This document shows, piece after piece, positions 20,401-30,505 of a DNA stretch of 64,000 nt. Within the stretch, counting starts at the first letter, position 1. Every line of letters starts with the position of its first letter. The notes beneath the pieces were generated by a model, which ran no database searches, was not told where the DNA came from, and saw only the letters and a list, made by a program, of their open reading frames with translations. The position numbers were made by a program, and so were the translations under genes. The DNA is from an archaeon (GTDB lineage: Archaea; Nanobdellota; Nanobdellia; Pacearchaeales; GW2011-AR1): assembly GCA_030636025.1 (NCBI GenBank), contig DAOVXQ010000004.1:6685-70684 (forward strand), given 5' to 3'.

Positions 20401-22616
20401 TTGTTTCGACGAATATATCTGGGAATTTGTTAAATGATACAATAACTATGTCTGAAGTTGCTGGTTGTGGTTGGCTGACTAGTTCTGGGACATATTCGCA
20501 GTCGCAAAATATAATTGATAATGGATTGCTTCATGATTGTATTAATATAACTGCACAGAATGTAACATTTGATGGTAAGGGATTTTATATTTCAAGTAAT
20601 GTTTCTGTTTCTGGGATTTACTCTAATCAATTAAATACAACTATTAGGAATTGTAATGTGAGTATTATTCCAAGCGGTTATGGTATTAAGTTTGTTAGTG
20701 CAAATAATTCTTATGTTTATAATAATACTTTGAATGAGCAAAGTAGAGGATTATTTTTTTCTTTAACTTCTAATACAAAAATAATAAATAACACATTAAA
20801 TTCAAATAATGATGGAATTTATCTTGCTTCAAACTCAAACCATAATCAGATTACAAATAATACTGTAAATTCAAATACTTACGGAATTTTCCTTCACACA
20901 AGTTCAAACAACACTATATCAAATATAACTGCAAATTCGAATGATATTGGAATTGATTTTGCGGTTAGTTCAAATAATAGTTTAACAGATAATACTGTAA
21001 ATTCAAATAGGGTTGGAATTTATCTTGTTTCAAGCTCAAATAATAATTTAACAAACAACAATATTTGGAACTGCACAACTACTAATTTGGGTGGTTTATA
21101 TCTTAATGATGCAGATAACAACACAATTTCAGGAGGAATTATTAATTTAAGTTCAAACGATTTGATTCGTTTTATAACAAACTCAGACAACAATAAATTC
21201 AGCGATATTCAGTTAATTGGAGCAACAACAAATGATACTTATGTGACTGGGACATCTGTAAATAATACTTTTTTGAATGTAAGTTATGATAATACAAAAG
21301 AATATGTGGAAACAGGGAGCGAGCTAATCAGAAAATGGTATTACCAAGCATATGTTAATGACACTTCTGGAAATGATTTTGCAGATGCAAATGTTACTGG
21401 TTTTAATTCAACAGGTGATTATGTTTTTAATTTGACTGCTAATGCGAGTGGGTGGACTTCTATTGGTGAGATAATTGATTATGTGAATTTTGGCGGGACA
21501 AAGAATTATTATTCTAATTATACGATTTATGCGCGGAATGCGAGTTTGTCGACTGATTCTCATACTTATAATGTTAGTTTGGAGCTGAATAATTTGGCTG
21601 ATAGTTTTGAGATTGATAATATTGACCCTGTTGTTTCTTTGCGAGATATTCCGAGTTCTACTTCCTCGACGACGATTAATTATAATTATAATGTGACTGA
21701 CAATTCGAGTGTTTCGAGCTGTTCTTTGATTTTGGGTGGGGCTGTTGTTGCTTCTGATACAGATGTTAATAATTCAGGAGCTAATGAAACAATTACTTAT
21801 ACAACTTCTGCTGGGACTCATATTTATTATGTTAGTTGCAATGATTCTGCATTGAATGTTGGGAATTCGAGTTCTGGAACAATTGTTGTTATTTCTACGA
21901 CGACGACTGTTGTTACTAGTGGGGGTGGGGGCGGAGGAACTTCAATTAGGACAATTTCTTTGAAGATAGAGTTTCCTTCTGATTTTTCAGAAGAGCCTGG
22001 CAAGATAGAAGTTCCAATTACAATTAATAATAATGGGCAGACTAATCTGCGAGGAGTTAGTTTGACGAGTCATATTTTAAAAGATTTCGAATTGAGCGAT
22101 GTAAGAACAGAATTTAACCAGAGTTCTTTTGATTCTATTTCTGCAGGGGAGAAAGAAAATGTTGTTCTTACTGCTTATGCAGACTTGGATGCGATGTCTT
22201 TATATGAGCTTGTTGTGAATGTGAGTTCGACGACTCCAGCTTACAACACAGATAATAGTTTGATTCTTAATCTTGCTGGAGCAAATGTGACGACGGTTCA
22301 GAAAATGATTGTGTTTACTGAGGATATGATTGTTGGGAATGCTGAATGTTTAGAATTAAAAGAAATGGTTGAAGATGCTCAGAAATCTTTTGAACAAGGT
22401 GATTTTGAAGGGGCGATTTTGAAATCACGGACTGCTGTCGAGGCGTGTAAAGAATATATTTCAGGAGTTCAACAACCAATTTATGCAGAAAAACCCAAAT
22501 TAGATTTTTCTATTTATTTAATTATCGGAGTTATTGTTGCAGTTCTTTTTGGAATAATTTTTAATTTAGTGAAGGTTATAATATTTAGGAAGAAAGGCGG
22601 GAAAAGAAAGGTTTAA
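17454..22616 (+). CDS. giant surface glycoprotein with two parallel beta-helix (NosD/PbH1) modules, N- and C-terminal TM helices
   Basis: NNTxNSN-GIxL repeats, many NxS/T sequons, SGGGGGG linker, Ig-like C-terminal region; start reassigned to ATG 17454 (MVYKRY). Confidence 0.9.
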   Translation: MVYKRYIKRKGKLCGPYYYESYRGEDGKVHSRYLANYKPKKNHKKLFLILGIVFGIFILLLAGNINYSLTGKVVSNVTEVDLEIAGKMAEKKLVSSKDIREHIGLNVKQGIFEENKVMEFDLPEGKVELEFDLLDYGSWEESDVESEVEAENFDILVEESSEKYKWGYDIKLNDLNFMARIDVKSSDNIKIIDNQTLKIGNSYISFSDLADEGYSLSVDSPVVLSEVNVSLDELNVSEVNVSEMNVTEIVVNESEIDTGENITSIVNESLPEVIGNISEEINITLPEENIIQEINETIETNLSEELESEIDEIDIEEVEVEDVEIEVEDVEIEVEDVEDVEQPIEEKENDEGDVVGITGNIIRGLTGFVVNGFGGITGFAVQEQRTVSIYIQRDFSLRDDSGEPNGTNVSVGDMINLDPFIIILISKAEHLDENRGFVSDIYDEVKEKDGNWSEIIGGGEYVRVTFEENLTMDKDITLFARGVGGNAQIEVYRKEGNEVIALFENISEENWYKIYLTNLGVEVNEDVFDLKVLGSVEFDYIVDPVGDNGTATDGNTVFRCGTITESGVFVMNQSITNNSLTGDCINITVANVELNCNGSYISSNGSYTGIYSDQLNTTIRNCNISVGAGSGGYGIELNNANNSYVYNNTLNEQNRGLYLFSTNNSIIENNTVNLNSYGIYILESLNNNLTNNTVNSNSNEGIYIIDSLSHTLTNNIANNNIKDGIELAEWVVGEDLINEGHILTNNIANNNSDSGIVISRVDYSILTNNTANLNGDNGITNINGYNNNLTNNTLNSNAWGISLSGPSNILLNNNIWNCTDSSYGCLNLWSSENNVISGGIINLSAGYLIHMESDLTPGDNNRFIDIQLIGATLNDTYLFGNTINHTFLNCSYNSSKEYVETGSELIRKWYYQAYVNDTSGNAVSGADVLGYNVSGSLDFNATTNSSGWINKTEVTEYVNSGGTKSYYSLYSVNARNSSYADGIVSTNISGNLLNDTITMSEVAGCGWLTSSGTYSQSQNIIDNGLLHDCINITAQNVTFDGKGFYISSNVSVSGIYSNQLNTTIRNCNVSIIPSGYGIKFVSANNSYVYNNTLNEQSRGLFFSLTSNTKIINNTLNSNNDGIYLASNSNHNQITNNTVNSNTYGIFLHTSSNNTISNITANSNDIGIDFAVSSNNSLTDNTVNSNRVGIYLVSSSNNNLTNNNIWNCTTTNLGGLYLNDADNNTISGGIINLSSNDLIRFITNSDNNKFSDIQLIGATTNDTYVTGTSVNNTFLNVSYDNTKEYVETGSELIRKWYYQAYVNDTSGNDFADANVTGFNSTGDYVFNLTANASGWTSIGEIIDYVNFGGTKNYYSNYTIYARNASLSTDSHTYNVSLELNNLADSFEIDNIDPVVSLRDIPSSTSSTTINYNYNVTDNSSVSSCSLILGGAVVASDTDVNNSGANETITYTTSAGTHIYYVSCNDSALNVGNSSSGTIVVISTTTTVVTSGGGGGGTSIRTISLKIEFPSDFSEEPGKIEVPITINNNGQTNLRGVSLTSHILKDFELSDVRTEFNQSSFDSISAGEKENVVLTAYADLDAMSLYELVVNVSSTTPAYNTDNSLILNLAGANVTTVQKMIVFTEDMIVGNAECLELKEMVEDAQKSFEQGDFEGAILKSRTAVEACKEYISGVQQPIYAEKPKLDFSIYLIIGVIVAVLFGIIFNLVKVIIFRKKGGKRKV
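18406..18467 (+). repeat. 21-bp tandem repeat x3 (EVEDVEI)
   Basis: ttgaagtagaagatgtggaaa repeated with period 21. Confidence 0.9.
19370..21375 (+). repeat. internal duplicated boxes: A (19370-19411 = 20699-20740) and B (20137-20217 vs 21295-21375)
   Basis: Box A 42 bp identical; box B 81 bp with 2 mismatches; intervening sequences divergent. Confidence 0.9.
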
Positions 22617-22650
22617 AAAAAAGAGTGTTTTAAATTTATAGAAAGAGAAA

Positions 22651-23691
22651 ATGAAAAAAAGAGGAATAAAAAAGGTGAGAAAGAGTAAATCGAAAAAGGT
22701 GCAATTAGAAAAAAAAGAAATTGTTATAAAAAAGGAAGAAGTGAAAATTTTTTCTGATAAAATATTGAATTTGAAAAGAGAGATTGGAAAAGTGGTTATT
22801 GATCAGGATGAAGTTGTGGACGGGCTTGTAAGAGCTTTAATTTGCAATGGGCATGTTATTGTCGAGGGAGTTCCAGGAATAGCTAAGACCTTATTAATTA
22901 AGGCATTAGGGGCGGTTAGTTGTTGTGATGTTAAAAGGGTGCAATTTACAGTGGATTTATTGCCTACAGATATTGTTGGGCTTACAATCTATAAGAAAAA
23001 CAAGGGGTTTGAAGTAATTAGGGGGCCGGTTTTTACGAATTTTTTAATTGCAGATGAAATAAATAGGAGTCCCCCAAAAACACAATCAGCATTATTGGAG
23101 GCCATGCAGGAAAATCAGGTTACCATTGGTAGAAATACTTGTGTTCTTCCAAAACCATTTTTTGTTATGGCTACTCAAAATCCAATAGAATTAGAAGGAG
23201 TTTATAGTTTGCCAGAAGCACAATTGGACAGGTTTTTATTTAAGTTATTGATAAATTATCCAAAGAAAGATAAAGAAAAAATAATAATGAAGCAAAATAT
23301 TGACCTTAAACCTTTTGAGAATTTTGCTTTGAAAAAAGTTATTTCTGTGAATGATGTAATAAAAATGCAGGCATTGGTTAAGAAAATTCATTTGAGTGAA
23401 ACAATTGAGGATTATATAGTTAATATTGTTGATGCTACGAGAGATAAGAATGGGAAGTATGCCAAATATATTCAGTGGGGCGGTTCTCCGAGGGCGACGA
23501 TTGGATTGTATATTTCCAGCAAGGCAGAGGCATTGATGAATGGTCGGACTTTTGTTAAGCCAGAGGATGTCAAGAAGGTCGTATTAGATGTTTTAAGGCA
23601 TCGGATGATTTTGACTTATGAGGCAGAGACAAAAGAAATTTCTGTAGATTGGTTAATAGAAAATATATTAAATGAAATTCCAATGCCTTAA
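22651..23691 (+). CDS. moxR: MoxR family AAA+ ATPase
   Basis: GVPGIAKT, RVQFTxDLLPxD, ADEINR, ATQNPIE, LPEAQLDRF. Confidence 0.96.
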   Translation: MKKRGIKKVRKSKSKKVQLEKKEIVIKKEEVKIFSDKILNLKREIGKVVIDQDEVVDGLVRALICNGHVIVEGVPGIAKTLLIKALGAVSCCDVKRVQFTVDLLPTDIVGLTIYKKNKGFEVIRGPVFTNFLIADEINRSPPKTQSALLEAMQENQVTIGRNTCVLPKPFFVMATQNPIELEGVYSLPEAQLDRFLFKLLINYPKKDKEKIIMKQNIDLKPFENFALKKVISVNDVIKMQALVKKIHLSETIEDYIVNIVDATRDKNGKYAKYIQWGGSPRATIGLYISSKAEALMNGRTFVKPEDVKKVVLDVLRHRMILTYEAETKEISVDWLIENILNEIPMP

Positions 23692-23693
23692 AA

Positions 23694-24593
23694 ATGGGAA
23701 AGTTAAATGTTGATTTTTCTAAGGCCATAGATAAATTTGAATTTTTAATGAAAAAAAGATTTTCAGTAAAAAAAGTTTTTTATCGGCGACTTTTTCGGGG
23801 AAAGGGAAAAGAATTTGATTCTTATAGGGCATATACTCCAAATGATGATGCAAGTATGATAGATTGGAAAGCAACTATGAAATCGGGTAACCAGCCCCTT
23901 GTTAAACAGTATGTTGAAGAAAAAGATCTCGAAGTTTTTTTTATAGTTGATGTTGGGGATAATATGCTGTTTGGTTCAGGAAAATATTTAAAGGGAGAGA
24001 TAGCCGCAGAAGTTTCTGCTTCTATAGCTCATTGGATGATTAAATCTCGGAATAAAATTGGATTTGTTCTTCAGGGAAATAATGCGACGAGGATTAGGAA
24101 GGTTTATGGGGGGGTGGAGCAATTTTATTTTTTTGCAAAAGATTTGAGAAATGCGAAATTATATGGTGGCAATTCTGACTTGAAGAAAGTTTTGAGAATA
24201 TTGAGCCCTCATTTAAAAAAAGTTTCTGCGGTTTTTATAATTTCAGATTTTATAAATATTGATGAAGAGTATGTTAAAATTTTTAAAGAATTTGCATTAA
24301 AATATGAGACAATCGGGATAATGGTTCGGGATAGGGTTGATGTGCAACTTCCGAATTTAAACAGGGAAGTTATTGTTGAAGACATTTATACAGGGGAGCA
24401 GAGATTGATAAATCCTGGTTTGATAAGGCACCAGTATGAAAAAAATGCTATTGAACAAAAAAAGAAGATTGAGAAAATTTTTAAGGTTGCAGGAGCAGAT
24501 TTGTTGACATTATATACTGATAAAGATTTTATAAATCCTTTAGTTGATTTTTTAACCTCGAGGATTAAAAATGCGAGGCATATTAGAAGATGA
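23694..24593 (+). CDS. DUF58 domain protein
   Basis: GKEFDSYRAYTPNDD..IDWK, FIISDF; downstream of MoxR. Confidence 0.92.
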   Translation: MGKLNVDFSKAIDKFEFLMKKRFSVKKVFYRRLFRGKGKEFDSYRAYTPNDDASMIDWKATMKSGNQPLVKQYVEEKDLEVFFIVDVGDNMLFGSGKYLKGEIAAEVSASIAHWMIKSRNKIGFVLQGNNATRIRKVYGGVEQFYFFAKDLRNAKLYGGNSDLKKVLRILSPHLKKVSAVFIISDFINIDEEYVKIFKEFALKYETIGIMVRDRVDVQLPNLNREVIVEDIYTGEQRLINPGLIRHQYEKNAIEQKKKIEKIFKVAGADLLTLYTDKDFINPLVDFLTSRIKNARHIRR

Positions 24594-25510
24594 TAATTTT
24601 CACACACCCACAATATTTGGTATTGCTTTTTAGTATTCCAATTCTTATATTTGTTCATATTCTTTCTCTTAGGAGTGTAAAGAAAAAATCAATTAAATTT
24701 GTTAATTTTGATGCAATAAAAAGAATTAGAGGGGTTGAAGTATTTTCAAAAAATTTGACTATTTTGTATATAAGTATGATAATGGTTGTTTTAATTATTT
24801 TTTCTATTTCTGGAATGAGTATAACCCGACAGGCAACCGCAAGTGATTTGTCTTTTATTTTAGTTATTGATGCTTCAATGAGTATGGGTTCTGTGGATAT
24901 TTTTCCTAGCAGGATTGATGCAGCGAAAGAGGCAGCTATAAATTTTTTAGAGATGATTCCAGAAAAAACAAAATTAGGAATTGTTTCCTTTTCTGGGAGT
25001 GCATTTATAGAACAAGAATTAACAGAAGATAAACAGATGATTAAAAATTCTATAGGGAATGTTAATATAAAATCTGTTGGGGGGACAGATATTTTTGAAG
25101 CCATAACAACTTCTGTGAATATGTTAAGGGGAGAAGAGGGCAAGACAATTATCCTTATTAGCGACGGGCAAGCGAATATAAATGCCATTCAAAATATTGT
25201 AGATTACAGTAATAAAAATAATGTTATGATTCATTCGCTTGGGGTTGGGACAAAAGAGGGGGTTGAAGGTAAATCTGGCGCTGTTTTCAAAATTTCAGAA
25301 GATAGTTTAAGAACTATTGCTGAAAAAACTGAAGGAAGATATTATAATATTGATGAGGTAGAAGATTTTTATTCTTCTTTAAATGAAATTATAGATGTAA
25401 CAGAAAAAAGAGCGGTTTATTCTCTTTCTTTATATTTGATGATTTCTGTTTTAGTTCTTTTTATTATTGATTTTATTCTCATTAATACGAGATATAGAAT
25501 TCTTCCTTAA
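24590..25510 (+). CDS. BatA-like vWA domain protein
   Basis: N-terminal FxxPxxL TM, MIDAS DASMS, ILISDG, C-terminal TM. Confidence 0.92.
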   Translation: MIIFTHPQYLVLLFSIPILIFVHILSLRSVKKKSIKFVNFDAIKRIRGVEVFSKNLTILYISMIMVVLIIFSISGMSITRQATASDLSFILVIDASMSMGSVDIFPSRIDAAKEAAINFLEMIPEKTKLGIVSFSGSAFIEQELTEDKQMIKNSIGNVNIKSVGGTDIFEAITTSVNMLRGEEGKTIILISDGQANINAIQNIVDYSNKNNVMIHSLGVGTKEGVEGKSGAVFKISEDSLRTIAEKTEGRYYNIDEVEDFYSSLNEIIDVTEKRAVYSLSLYLMISVLVLFIIDFILINTRYRILP

Positions 25511-25517
25511 TAAAAAA

Positions 25518-26039
25518 TTATTTGTGTTTTCTTTTTGGTTTGGATTTTTTGTGTTTGTTCTGTTTTTTCTTTATAATCTTTTTTACTACCTTCGGTTTCT
25601 TATTTTTTATTATATTATTGAAATTATTAATTAGATTTGAAACATCCTCTTTTTTTATTTCATTTTCTGAATATAATGCATAAGAAATTTCGTCGCAAAA
25701 ATTTGTAAAATCTTTTTTTCTTTTCCCCCTTAGTTTTTGGGTAATTTCTTTATAAGTTAATTGTGATTTTTCTTTCAAATATTCTTTAAAAAATTTTTTT
25801 ACTTTTTTATCAAAAGCCAATAAATCTTGTTTAGGGTTTCTTGTTCTTGTTATTCTTATTGTTTTTTTTGTTTTTTTTGTTTTTTTTTGTCCATGCTTTT
25901 TTCTAATTTTTTGAATTATTATAATTATAATTAATATAAATATTATTACAATTAAAGATATTATAAAAAAACTTAATTTCATTTTTAGACTGCTGTCTTT
26001 TATATAATTAAATATGTCTGTTAAAAATTCCCTTCTCAT
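25518..26039 (-). CDS. single-TM basic hypothetical protein
   Basis: ORF track; N-terminal TM. Confidence 0.75.
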   Translation of the reverse strand: MRREFLTDIFNYIKDSSLKMKLSFFIISLIVIIFILIIIIIIQKIRKKHGQKKTKKTKKTIRITRTRNPKQDLLAFDKKVKKFFKEYLKEKSQLTYKEITQKLRGKRKKDFTNFCDEISYALYSENEIKKEDVSNLINNFNNIIKNKKPKVVKKIIKKKQNKHKKSKPKRKHK

Positions 26040-26145
26040 TTTAATTAAATAAATGAAATAAGTATAAAAATGTTTTTATTAGCAAGATTTAAATAATTAA
26101 GAACTCTTTTAAGGAATTGTTTGTTGTGAAGATAAATTTAATAAA

Positions 26146-27123
26146 ATGGCAATTATATTTAAAAAAAAGAAATTAAAGTTGGTCCCCCTTCTTTTAATAA
26201 TTTTACTTTTCTTTGTTTTTATTATTGTATTTTCTTCTTCTTATCTTTTTTTAAAATTTAAACCAGGGGATTTAGTTTATGAAAAAGATACGGGATTTAT
26301 CGGGGAGATTAAGGGCATTTCTTTGCCTGACGATTATTTAGTTCAATGGCCAGATGGAAGTTTGAGCAAAGAACCATTGTTTGATTTAAAAAAATTAAGT
26401 GAATTGAGCGACATTGAAATTAGGGATATTCTTGAAAAAGAAAGTAATCAGGGATATGATTTTTATATTGAAGGGGAAGAGGTTTTGGATTATATGTCTG
26501 AAACTGTTAATACAACTAAATCAAAAATCATTTCAGAATTTGAAGAAATAGGGGGTTTTAATTTAATAATTGGGGAAGAGGGGTGCGAGCCGAATTTTAT
26601 TTGTGGTAATTGGGGCGAGTGCCAAACCACTTATAATTTGCAAAGTTTTGTGATAAAGGAATTTGCTTTTGGTGTTCAATACAGACATTGCATTGATTAT
26701 TCCAAATGCATGGCGGATTTTGTGGACTCGAAAAAATGCGATGTGAAAATTCCTATAATTTCTAAAAAAATTGAATTAGACGGCAGAGAATTTGTAGAAA
26801 TTTATGACGAGAATAATGTTTTGATTTCAAGGTTGGAATTGGTTGAAGGGATTTATCAGAAATTAAATATCCAAATGTTATTTGATGAAAAAAATTATCC
26901 CCCTCATTGTTTTGATGGTGTGAAAAATTATGACGAGGATGAGATAGATTGTGTTTATTCTGGAGATTCTTGCCCTGTTTGTAGAGCAGAACTTTCTGCA
27001 GAAAAAGGAAATCATTTACTTATGATAGCAATTTTGATTGGTTTGTCTGGCGCATGTTTGTTTTTGATAATATTATATTTGAGTTTACATAATGGGTGTC
27101 AAAGAATTAGGAAGAAGAATTAA
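26146..27123 (+). CDS. membrane-anchored Cys-rich extracellular protein
   Basis: N- and C-terminal TM; CEPNFICGNWGEC and CFDGVKNYDEDEIDC motifs. Confidence 0.8.
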   Translation: MAIIFKKKKLKLVPLLLIILLFFVFIIVFSSSYLFLKFKPGDLVYEKDTGFIGEIKGISLPDDYLVQWPDGSLSKEPLFDLKKLSELSDIEIRDILEKESNQGYDFYIEGEEVLDYMSETVNTTKSKIISEFEEIGGFNLIIGEEGCEPNFICGNWGECQTTYNLQSFVIKEFAFGVQYRHCIDYSKCMADFVDSKKCDVKIPIISKKIELDGREFVEIYDENNVLISRLELVEGIYQKLNIQMLFDEKNYPPHCFDGVKNYDEDEIDCVYSGDSCPVCRAELSAEKGNHLLMIAILIGLSGACLFLIILYLSLHNGCQRIRKKN

Positions 27124-27170
27124 GATTCTATGGGGATTAAGTTTATAAGATTAGGGAATTTGAGTTTGTT

Positions 27171-28208
27171 ATGTTAACTAAAAAACAGATTGGAGAAATA
27201 AGGGAACATTTAGAAAAGGCACAGAATCCTTTGTTTTTTTTTGATAATGATAATGATGGGTTGACGAGTTTTTTATTGTTGAGGCGGTTTATTGGTCGGG
27301 GGCGGGGAGTTGCGATTAAAAGTTTTCCTGATTTGAATATTTCGTATTATAGAAAGATTAGCGAGTTAAAACCAGATTATGTTTTTATATTGGATAAGCC
27401 AGTTGTTTCTGATGAATTTTTAGAAAAAGTTAGAGAAGCAAATATCCCCATTGTTTGGATTGACCATCATATTATGAAAAAACCTAATATTGGCGAGGGC
27501 ATTTATTATTATAATTCTTATAAGAGTAAATTTGGAGAGCCGGTTTCTTATTTGTCTTATAAGATTGCAAATAAGAAAGAGGATATTTGGCTGGCGATGA
27601 TTGGATGTATAAGTGATTGTTATATGCCTAAATTTTATAAAGAATTTGAAAAGAAATTTCCAGAATTGAGTAAGAAAAATCCGAAGTCTGCTTTTGATTT
27701 GCTTTATGATTCTGAGATTGGAAGGATTGCAAGAATATTGGATTTTTCTTTAAAAGATACGACGACAAATGTAGTTAATATGTTGAGATTTATGATGAAA
27801 GTTAAAGCACCGGTGGATATTTTGGAAGAGAATTCAAAAACAAAACAAATTTTGAAAAGATATGGGGAGATAAATAAAAAATATTATGTGTTAATTGAAA
27901 AAGCGAGATTTTGCGCAACTGAAAAATTACTTTATTTTCAATATGGGGGAGAGTTTAGTTTAAGCGCGAATTTGTCTAATCAGTTGAGTTATGAATTTCC
28001 TGATAAAGTTGTGGTTGTTGTTTATCTTAATAATGAGATTGCAAATATTTCTATTCGGGGAAAAGGAGATGTTAGGAAGTTGACATTAAAAGCAATTGAT
28101 GGGATTGAGGGGGCTTCTGGTGGCGGACATAAAAATGCTACTGGTGCGAAGATAAATGTAAGTTATCTGCAGGAGTTTAAGGAAAAAATTGAGGGGTTGG
28201 TTGGTTGA
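27171..28208 (+). CDS. DHH/DHHA1 family phosphoesterase
   Basis: DNDG, IDHH, SIRG...GGGHKNATG. Confidence 0.93.
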   Translation: MLTKKQIGEIREHLEKAQNPLFFFDNDNDGLTSFLLLRRFIGRGRGVAIKSFPDLNISYYRKISELKPDYVFILDKPVVSDEFLEKVREANIPIVWIDHHIMKKPNIGEGIYYYNSYKSKFGEPVSYLSYKIANKKEDIWLAMIGCISDCYMPKFYKEFEKKFPELSKKNPKSAFDLLYDSEIGRIARILDFSLKDTTTNVVNMLRFMMKVKAPVDILEENSKTKQILKRYGEINKKYYVLIEKARFCATEKLLYFQYGGEFSLSANLSNQLSYEFPDKVVVVVYLNNEIANISIRGKGDVRKLTLKAIDGIEGASGGGHKNATGAKINVSYLQEFKEKIEGLVG

Positions 28209-28332
28209 AATTAACATAAACAGAGGTTTCGCTGTAGGTGAAATTTTGGTCGGAAATGAAAAAGAGTGCTTTTATTAATTTGATAATGGTAACAGAACGA
28301 AAGGTTTATAAGGCCGGAAAATATAATCGTGT

Positions 28333-28821
28333 ATGGTGAGAAATTCAAATCATAAATATAATCTTAAAGAAACCGTTTGTTTAGGTGACGAAGAATTAGG
28401 AATTATAGAAAGAATTATAATAAAAGAGGAAACTAAAATAGATAGTGAAGGGACAAGTAATTCAAGAGATGTGACTTATGGAGTTCGTTCTGATTATCTT
28501 TCTATTTTTAACTATGGTGAATCTAATCTAGCCCCCTCAAAAAGACAGTTACATAATGATGCTTTTAGGGTTAAAGAAGGGCAAATTATTTTAAGAGACA
28601 ATAATGAATATATTGTAGAATCTGCAAGAGGAGGATTACAGTCCTTCCCTGGAGGAGCAATGGGAAGGGTTCATACAGGTCAGGTATGGTATGTTAAAGC
28701 AAGAAAGTTGGATAATGGAAAATATGATCCAAATGGGGAAATTATAGAATTTGATCAAGAAGAAGATAAAAAACCAATTGACATTATAAGAACGATGAAT
28801 GTAAAAACAATATATGAATAA
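28333..28821 (+). CDS. orphan hypothetical protein
   Basis: ORF with own TATA box (aaggtttataa). Confidence 0.7.
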   Translation: MVRNSNHKYNLKETVCLGDEELGIIERIIIKEETKIDSEGTSNSRDVTYGVRSDYLSIFNYGESNLAPSKRQLHNDAFRVKEGQIILRDNNEYIVESARGGLQSFPGGAMGRVHTGQVWYVKARKLDNGKYDPNGEIIEFDQEEDKKPIDIIRTMNVKTIYE

Positions 28822-28865
28822 AACATTTTTAATAAGAAATTTAAATTTTAGTTGAAAAATTTGAT

Positions 28866-30500
28866 TTAATAACTTTTCCCGACTTTGACTAAATAATTTG
28901 CAGGGCTATTGCAAATTATGCAGGATTTTTTTGGGTTTGATTTTGTAATAAATAATGTTTTGACTCCCTGTGTTTTAAATTTTAATTCTTCTTCGCATTT
29001 AATTTTATTGCATAATGGAATTTCTACAATGTTTTTTTCTTTGATTAATTTATTTAATTCTGTTAATGAATCTGCTTTTTTGTTTTTGTCAAAATAATTT
29101 TTTTTGGATTTTTCATATAATGAATTTTGAATTTCCTCGAGGATTTTTGGAATTTCGGTTTTTAATTTTGATATTTTAATTGATTGTTTTTTTAAATTGT
29201 CTCTTCTTACAACAATGACTTCTTTTTTTTCTAAGTCTCTGCTTCCTAATTCTATTCTTATTGGAATTCCTTTTAGTTCATATTCATTGAATTTAAATCC
29301 TGGGCGATAATCTTCCCGGTCATCAAGAATTGGGTGATGGTTGGAGAGTGTTTTTTGAATTTCTTTTGCTTGTTCTAAAATTTTATTTTTATCTTTTTCA
29401 AAAAATATTGGAATTATCACTAATTGATTTGGGGCGATTTTTGGGGGCAGGATTAATCCCTTTTCATCTGAATGAACTGCAAACATTACCCCTAACATTC
29501 TTGTTGAAATTGCATAAGTGTTTTGGTAGGCATATTGTTCTTTAGAGTTTTTATCTAAGAATTTTATGTCATATGCTTTTGCAAAGTTTTGCCCGTCGTA
29601 GTGGAAACAAGGTCCTTCGATTGCTTTTCCGTTGGGCATTATGTAATGCAGTTTTTCAGAAAAAATTGCTCCTGCGAATTTTTCTTTTTCTGTTTTTCTT
29701 CCATATTCTCCGTATAATGCCAAATAGTTTTCGCAGATTTCTTTGTAGACGCTGATTACTTCTTTTCCTTCTTTTAAGGCCTGTTTTTCATTTTCTAAAA
29801 CCGTATGAAGTTCGTTCCATAAAAATTCTCTTGTTCTTAAAAATGGGACAGGATGTTTGAATTCCCATCTGACTACATTGTTCCATTGGTTTAATTTTAA
29901 TGGCAAGTCTCTGTAACTTCTAATCCATTTTGCATAAGAGGGATACATTATTGTTTCAGATGTTGGGCGGACTGCGAATCTTTCGTTTAATTTAGTATTT
30001 CCTGTGTGAGTTACCCATGCTACTTCTGGTGAAAAACCTTCCACGTGTTCTTTTTCTTTATTTAAAAATTTTTCAGGAATTAATAATGGGAAGTAAACAT
30101 TTTTTATATTTAATTCTTTAAATCTTTTATCTGTTTCTTGTTTGATTTTTTCCCAAATTGCATAAGCTGTTGGTTTGAAAACTATGCACCCTGAAACTTC
30201 GGTATAATCTGCTAAATCTGCCTTTAACATTATTTGAGTAAACCATTCTGAGAACTCATCTTTTTCAGCAGTTATTCCTTTATTATCCTGTTTTTCATTT
30301 TTTGGTTGTTTTATCTTTGGTTCTTCTTGGATATTCAAAAGTTTTTTATCTGCCTCAATTTCTTTTTCTTTAAGTTCTTGTTTTTTTAAATTAGCCCCTA
30401 AGTAAATTCTTTGTTTGTCTACTTTTTTGCCATTTCTTATAGATTTGCCTCTGTAATAGTATTTTTTATCTCCTTTTTCTTTAATTTCTGTGTATGTCAT
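28866..30500 (-). CDS. proS: prolyl-tRNA synthetase (archaeal/eukaryotic type) with extra ~70-aa N-terminal region
   Basis: FSEWF, VRPTSET, VRWE...FLRTREFLW, C-terminal Zn region ending KSY. Confidence 0.97.
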   Translation of the reverse strand: MTYTEIKEKGDKKYYYRGKSIRNGKKVDKQRIYLGANLKKQELKEKEIEADKKLLNIQEEPKIKQPKNEKQDNKGITAEKDEFSEWFTQIMLKADLADYTEVSGCIVFKPTAYAIWEKIKQETDKRFKELNIKNVYFPLLIPEKFLNKEKEHVEGFSPEVAWVTHTGNTKLNERFAVRPTSETIMYPSYAKWIRSYRDLPLKLNQWNNVVRWEFKHPVPFLRTREFLWNELHTVLENEKQALKEGKEVISVYKEICENYLALYGEYGRKTEKEKFAGAIFSEKLHYIMPNGKAIEGPCFHYDGQNFAKAYDIKFLDKNSKEQYAYQNTYAISTRMLGVMFAVHSDEKGLILPPKIAPNQLVIIPIFFEKDKNKILEQAKEIQKTLSNHHPILDDREDYRPGFKFNEYELKGIPIRIELGSRDLEKKEVIVVRRDNLKKQSIKISKLKTEIPKILEEIQNSLYEKSKKNYFDKNKKADSLTELNKLIKEKNIVEIPLCNKIKCEEELKFKTQGVKTLFITKSNPKKSCIICNSPANYLVKVGKSY

Positions 30501-30505
30501 ATGTT

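Noticed and set aside
11453-28865. Flanking repeats for orphans at 11527, 15547 and 28333
   Set aside because: Only short, degenerate AT-rich similarities; not all orphans show the duplication
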